A DNA stretch of 64,000 nt. It comes from Octopus bimaculoides. Taxonomy: Eukaryota. Below are positions 61,490 to 64,000 of this stretch, piece after piece (the stretch's first letter is position 1; every line of letters starts with the position of its first letter). Both the position numbers and the translations under genes were made by a program. Location: the NCBI RefSeq assembly GCF_001194135.2, contig NC_068984.1:18444279-18508278 (forward strand), read 5' to 3'. Under the pieces are notes generated by a model. It made no database searches and was not told where the DNA came from. It was given only the letters and a program-made list of their open reading frames with translations.

Positions 61490-63562
61490 ATGTGTGTGTG
61501 TACATACGTATATATATGTGTGTGTATATATATGTATGATGGATTAGTTTTATGTAATGTATCTATATCTCTTCTTTAATAGCCCATGGGGGGAATATCA
61601 GCTGAAGGCTATAAGCTAATGGCACCCTCATCAGTTTTATTATATTGTGTAGCTGCTAACATTAATGACATGTCTTCCTCTCAGTAAACTAATTTATAAA
61701 CCAGGTAGACTGGGCAGTCGAGATTTGTGTGTATTTTCCAAGTATACAGTTTAGCTCTGGTGACAAGAAACTATCCATCAGTCTTCATCCAGTCTGCCAT
61801 TTGTCATTGTCACTTTTACTATGTTCACTGTAAAGGAACTTCTACTAACATTCAGAAGCAAAAGATGTTTTATCAGGAAATTTTAGTTACCATTTTTATT
61901 GCTTTGATAATTTAAAATTTTGATGGGATCTTTCATTTGTCAAGGTAGAATTAAGAATAGGTAAATTTAAATTTAATTTCTTTCTGCACAGCTTTACCTG
62001 CATTGCCCACTGCTTTTTTCTTTTCTTCTTCTTTTTTTTTTTTTTTTAAATAGTTGGGGATTCCTTTTGGATCAGTTATTTTCAATTTGTCTTCAGAAAT
62101 GTGCTAGATTAATGTTTCTTGCTGTATAATGGTTTCAAATTCATATTCTGCATCAAACATTGCATGAAATCATTTAAGAAGTCAGTTTCTTAAATTCGCT
62201 TGCTTCAATCCAATATGTTATAAATTTGCTATCTCTCTCTTGCAAACTTTGGATAACTTTCTAATAGCACCAAAATCAAGAGGTTATATACTATGTACCC
62301 TGTTAGTAAACCAAATTTAAATTCTTTTTTTGGTGTGTTATTAATTTTCTCAGGAATTCTAGAAATCCTTTGGTTTTATGTAATTTTACTGTGACATAAA
62401 ATTAATTTTATCAGCTACATAGTTACATTTTGTATTTTTAGGATAGTCTATTAATGCTTGAAAGTAATTAGTAAGATTTTTATAAAACTCTAACGTTTTT
62501 GGTGTAGTGATTTGGAATAAAACTTAATGATTGGTTAAAACTATTATAATGCTACTGTATATCACCAACATGTAAACACAGACATTCTTAGACAAGTTGA
62601 TACATAAAAGGTTAAAAGGATATAGCTATCACTCTTATCATTTTCAGTGACTCAAACCATTTCTTTTGTTACCATTTCTTACTTTTAGAAAACTGGCTTC
62701 TTTCTTCATCTTTTTATTTGCATTTTGATTACCATTATTTACAATTTTCCTCTCAAAATGTACTTTTCTACTGCTTCATCTTTACTTCCACTTTACTCAA
62801 GTGGTAGTATCTCTAAATATGGATGAAGCATCTTGCAGCAGTATTGCAAATATTGACAAAGCATCATGTAGTATCTTCAAATATTGACTAAGATTTTTTT
62901 TTTTAAAATTCTATTCCAATCCTTCAGAAATTAATTACAGTTACACTGATAGTTTAAAAATGGAAGCTTGTTTTACTTTTGAAAGTGAATCAGTGCTAAG
63001 CCAGTTATTCTATACAGATTCAGCTGAATAATTTAGTTTCATTTGTAGCATGAACGGAACGATAAAATGTTTTTAGAAAATGATGTAAGTCTTGCGCAAA
63101 CATTAAATCCATCCTCGGCTCCATCTTACTCCAGCTATCTTCTATAGATTAGCATTAAACATCCCCTGTTCATTTGATTCTTTAGAAAAATCTTTAAATA
63201 TGATTACTTGCTTTTGATCTGAGCCAAAATTCCAATCTATAAGAAAACCAAATCTATTTTGTTATAACAGAGATGCAACCAAACAAAAAGTTCCACACAT
63301 TCAGTTGAGAGTCAGGCAAGCAAAGTAAACAAATCTTTTGTTTTTCTGTATTAATGTCATTTTTATAACTAGTAATGAGAGAAGTATTTGTTAGTTTTTT
63401 TTGTTTTTTTTTTGTGTCTTGTGTTTTCGTTCTTTTGCCCCATGCCACACATTTTGTGTGTGTATGTATTTCTTGATTATTTTGTGTGGTTGTTTTATAA
63501 ATGCACATGTTTGTGTTTGTGTGTGTGTGTGTGTGCATAAAACCCATACAAATAAATAAGTA

Positions 63563-63860
63563 TCACGCTTTCATAAACAAGTATACATGTTTAATAGATA
63601 CTTCATATAAATCTCTCATATATGTATGTGTGTGTGTGTGACTATTATACACACACAAATATGCACATATATGCATATATATAGATAAATATGTACATAT
63701 ATGTAAATAGATAGATGCAGATATACACTCACATATATCTATAAGTATATGATATATAAATATGCATGCGTATATATATATATATAATACAAAAAATATA
63801 TATGCATTTATACACACATATATGTATATACTTTCATCTACATGTGTATATAGATGCATA
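63563..63860. repeat. Long imperfect alternating purine-pyrimidine tract (similar at 34527-34740 and 61128-61261)
   Basis: About 300 bp of interleaved TA, CA, TG and GCAT units. Confidence 0.9.
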
Positions 63861-64000
63861 TCAGGGTACAGGACATTAGAACAATGAACTACAGACAACG
63901 GAACGAACACATAGGAAAACAGAAAGCCACTTGGAATTATTCATCAGCTGCCTCTATTCTAACTCAACGTTTCGAAGATATATATATATATATATATATA

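Noticed and set aside
61583-61690. Acceptor-like tctcttctttaatag followed by a short open frame (PMGGISAEG...)
   Set aside because: No convincing donor and no KIF13 similarity; the expected next exon (DPFYE...LIG) is not in the window.
70-63910. The many 60-145 aa ORFs in the track
   Set aside because: They translate microsatellites, SINEs or AT-rich intron (HTHT, CVCV, LSLS, IIII runs) with no recognisable domains. Those at 29276, 57397 and 60385 are KIF13 exons read into introns.

Overview
AT-rich, microsatellite- and SINE-dense eukaryotic DNA, most likely an octopus (inferred from the repeat families, not verified). The window is almost all intron of one + strand gene, a kinesin-3 KIF13A/B (Khc-73-like) homologue. 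I can splice six exons in frame: 11328-11464, 29356-29465, (5' part in an N gap)-31992, 36175-36352, 57375-57537 and 60352-60498. They encode the FHA domain and the stalk that follows it; the motor domain and tail lie outside the window. The introns hold an RTE LINE RT fragment, an R4/Dong LINE 3' end, several tRNA-derived SINE families, TTAA-flanked piggyBac-like MITEs, a probable PIF/Harbinger transposase fossil and five N gaps. No CRISPR, tRNA or rRNA genes are supported. The best leads are RNA-structure features of the KIF13 pre-mRNA: a 91-nt ungapped pri-miRNA-like hairpin inside the transposase fossil, a 55-nt near-perfect hairpin 1.3 kb downstream, two candidate intron-exon duplexes of the type ADAR uses, an alternative donor with an Rbfox motif, and inverted repeats caging one exon. 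There are also unusual retroposition events: a TSD-flanked SINE concatemer, a tailless TSD-flanked SINE and a templated insertion. All pairings and family assignments were made by eye, so none is confirmed.
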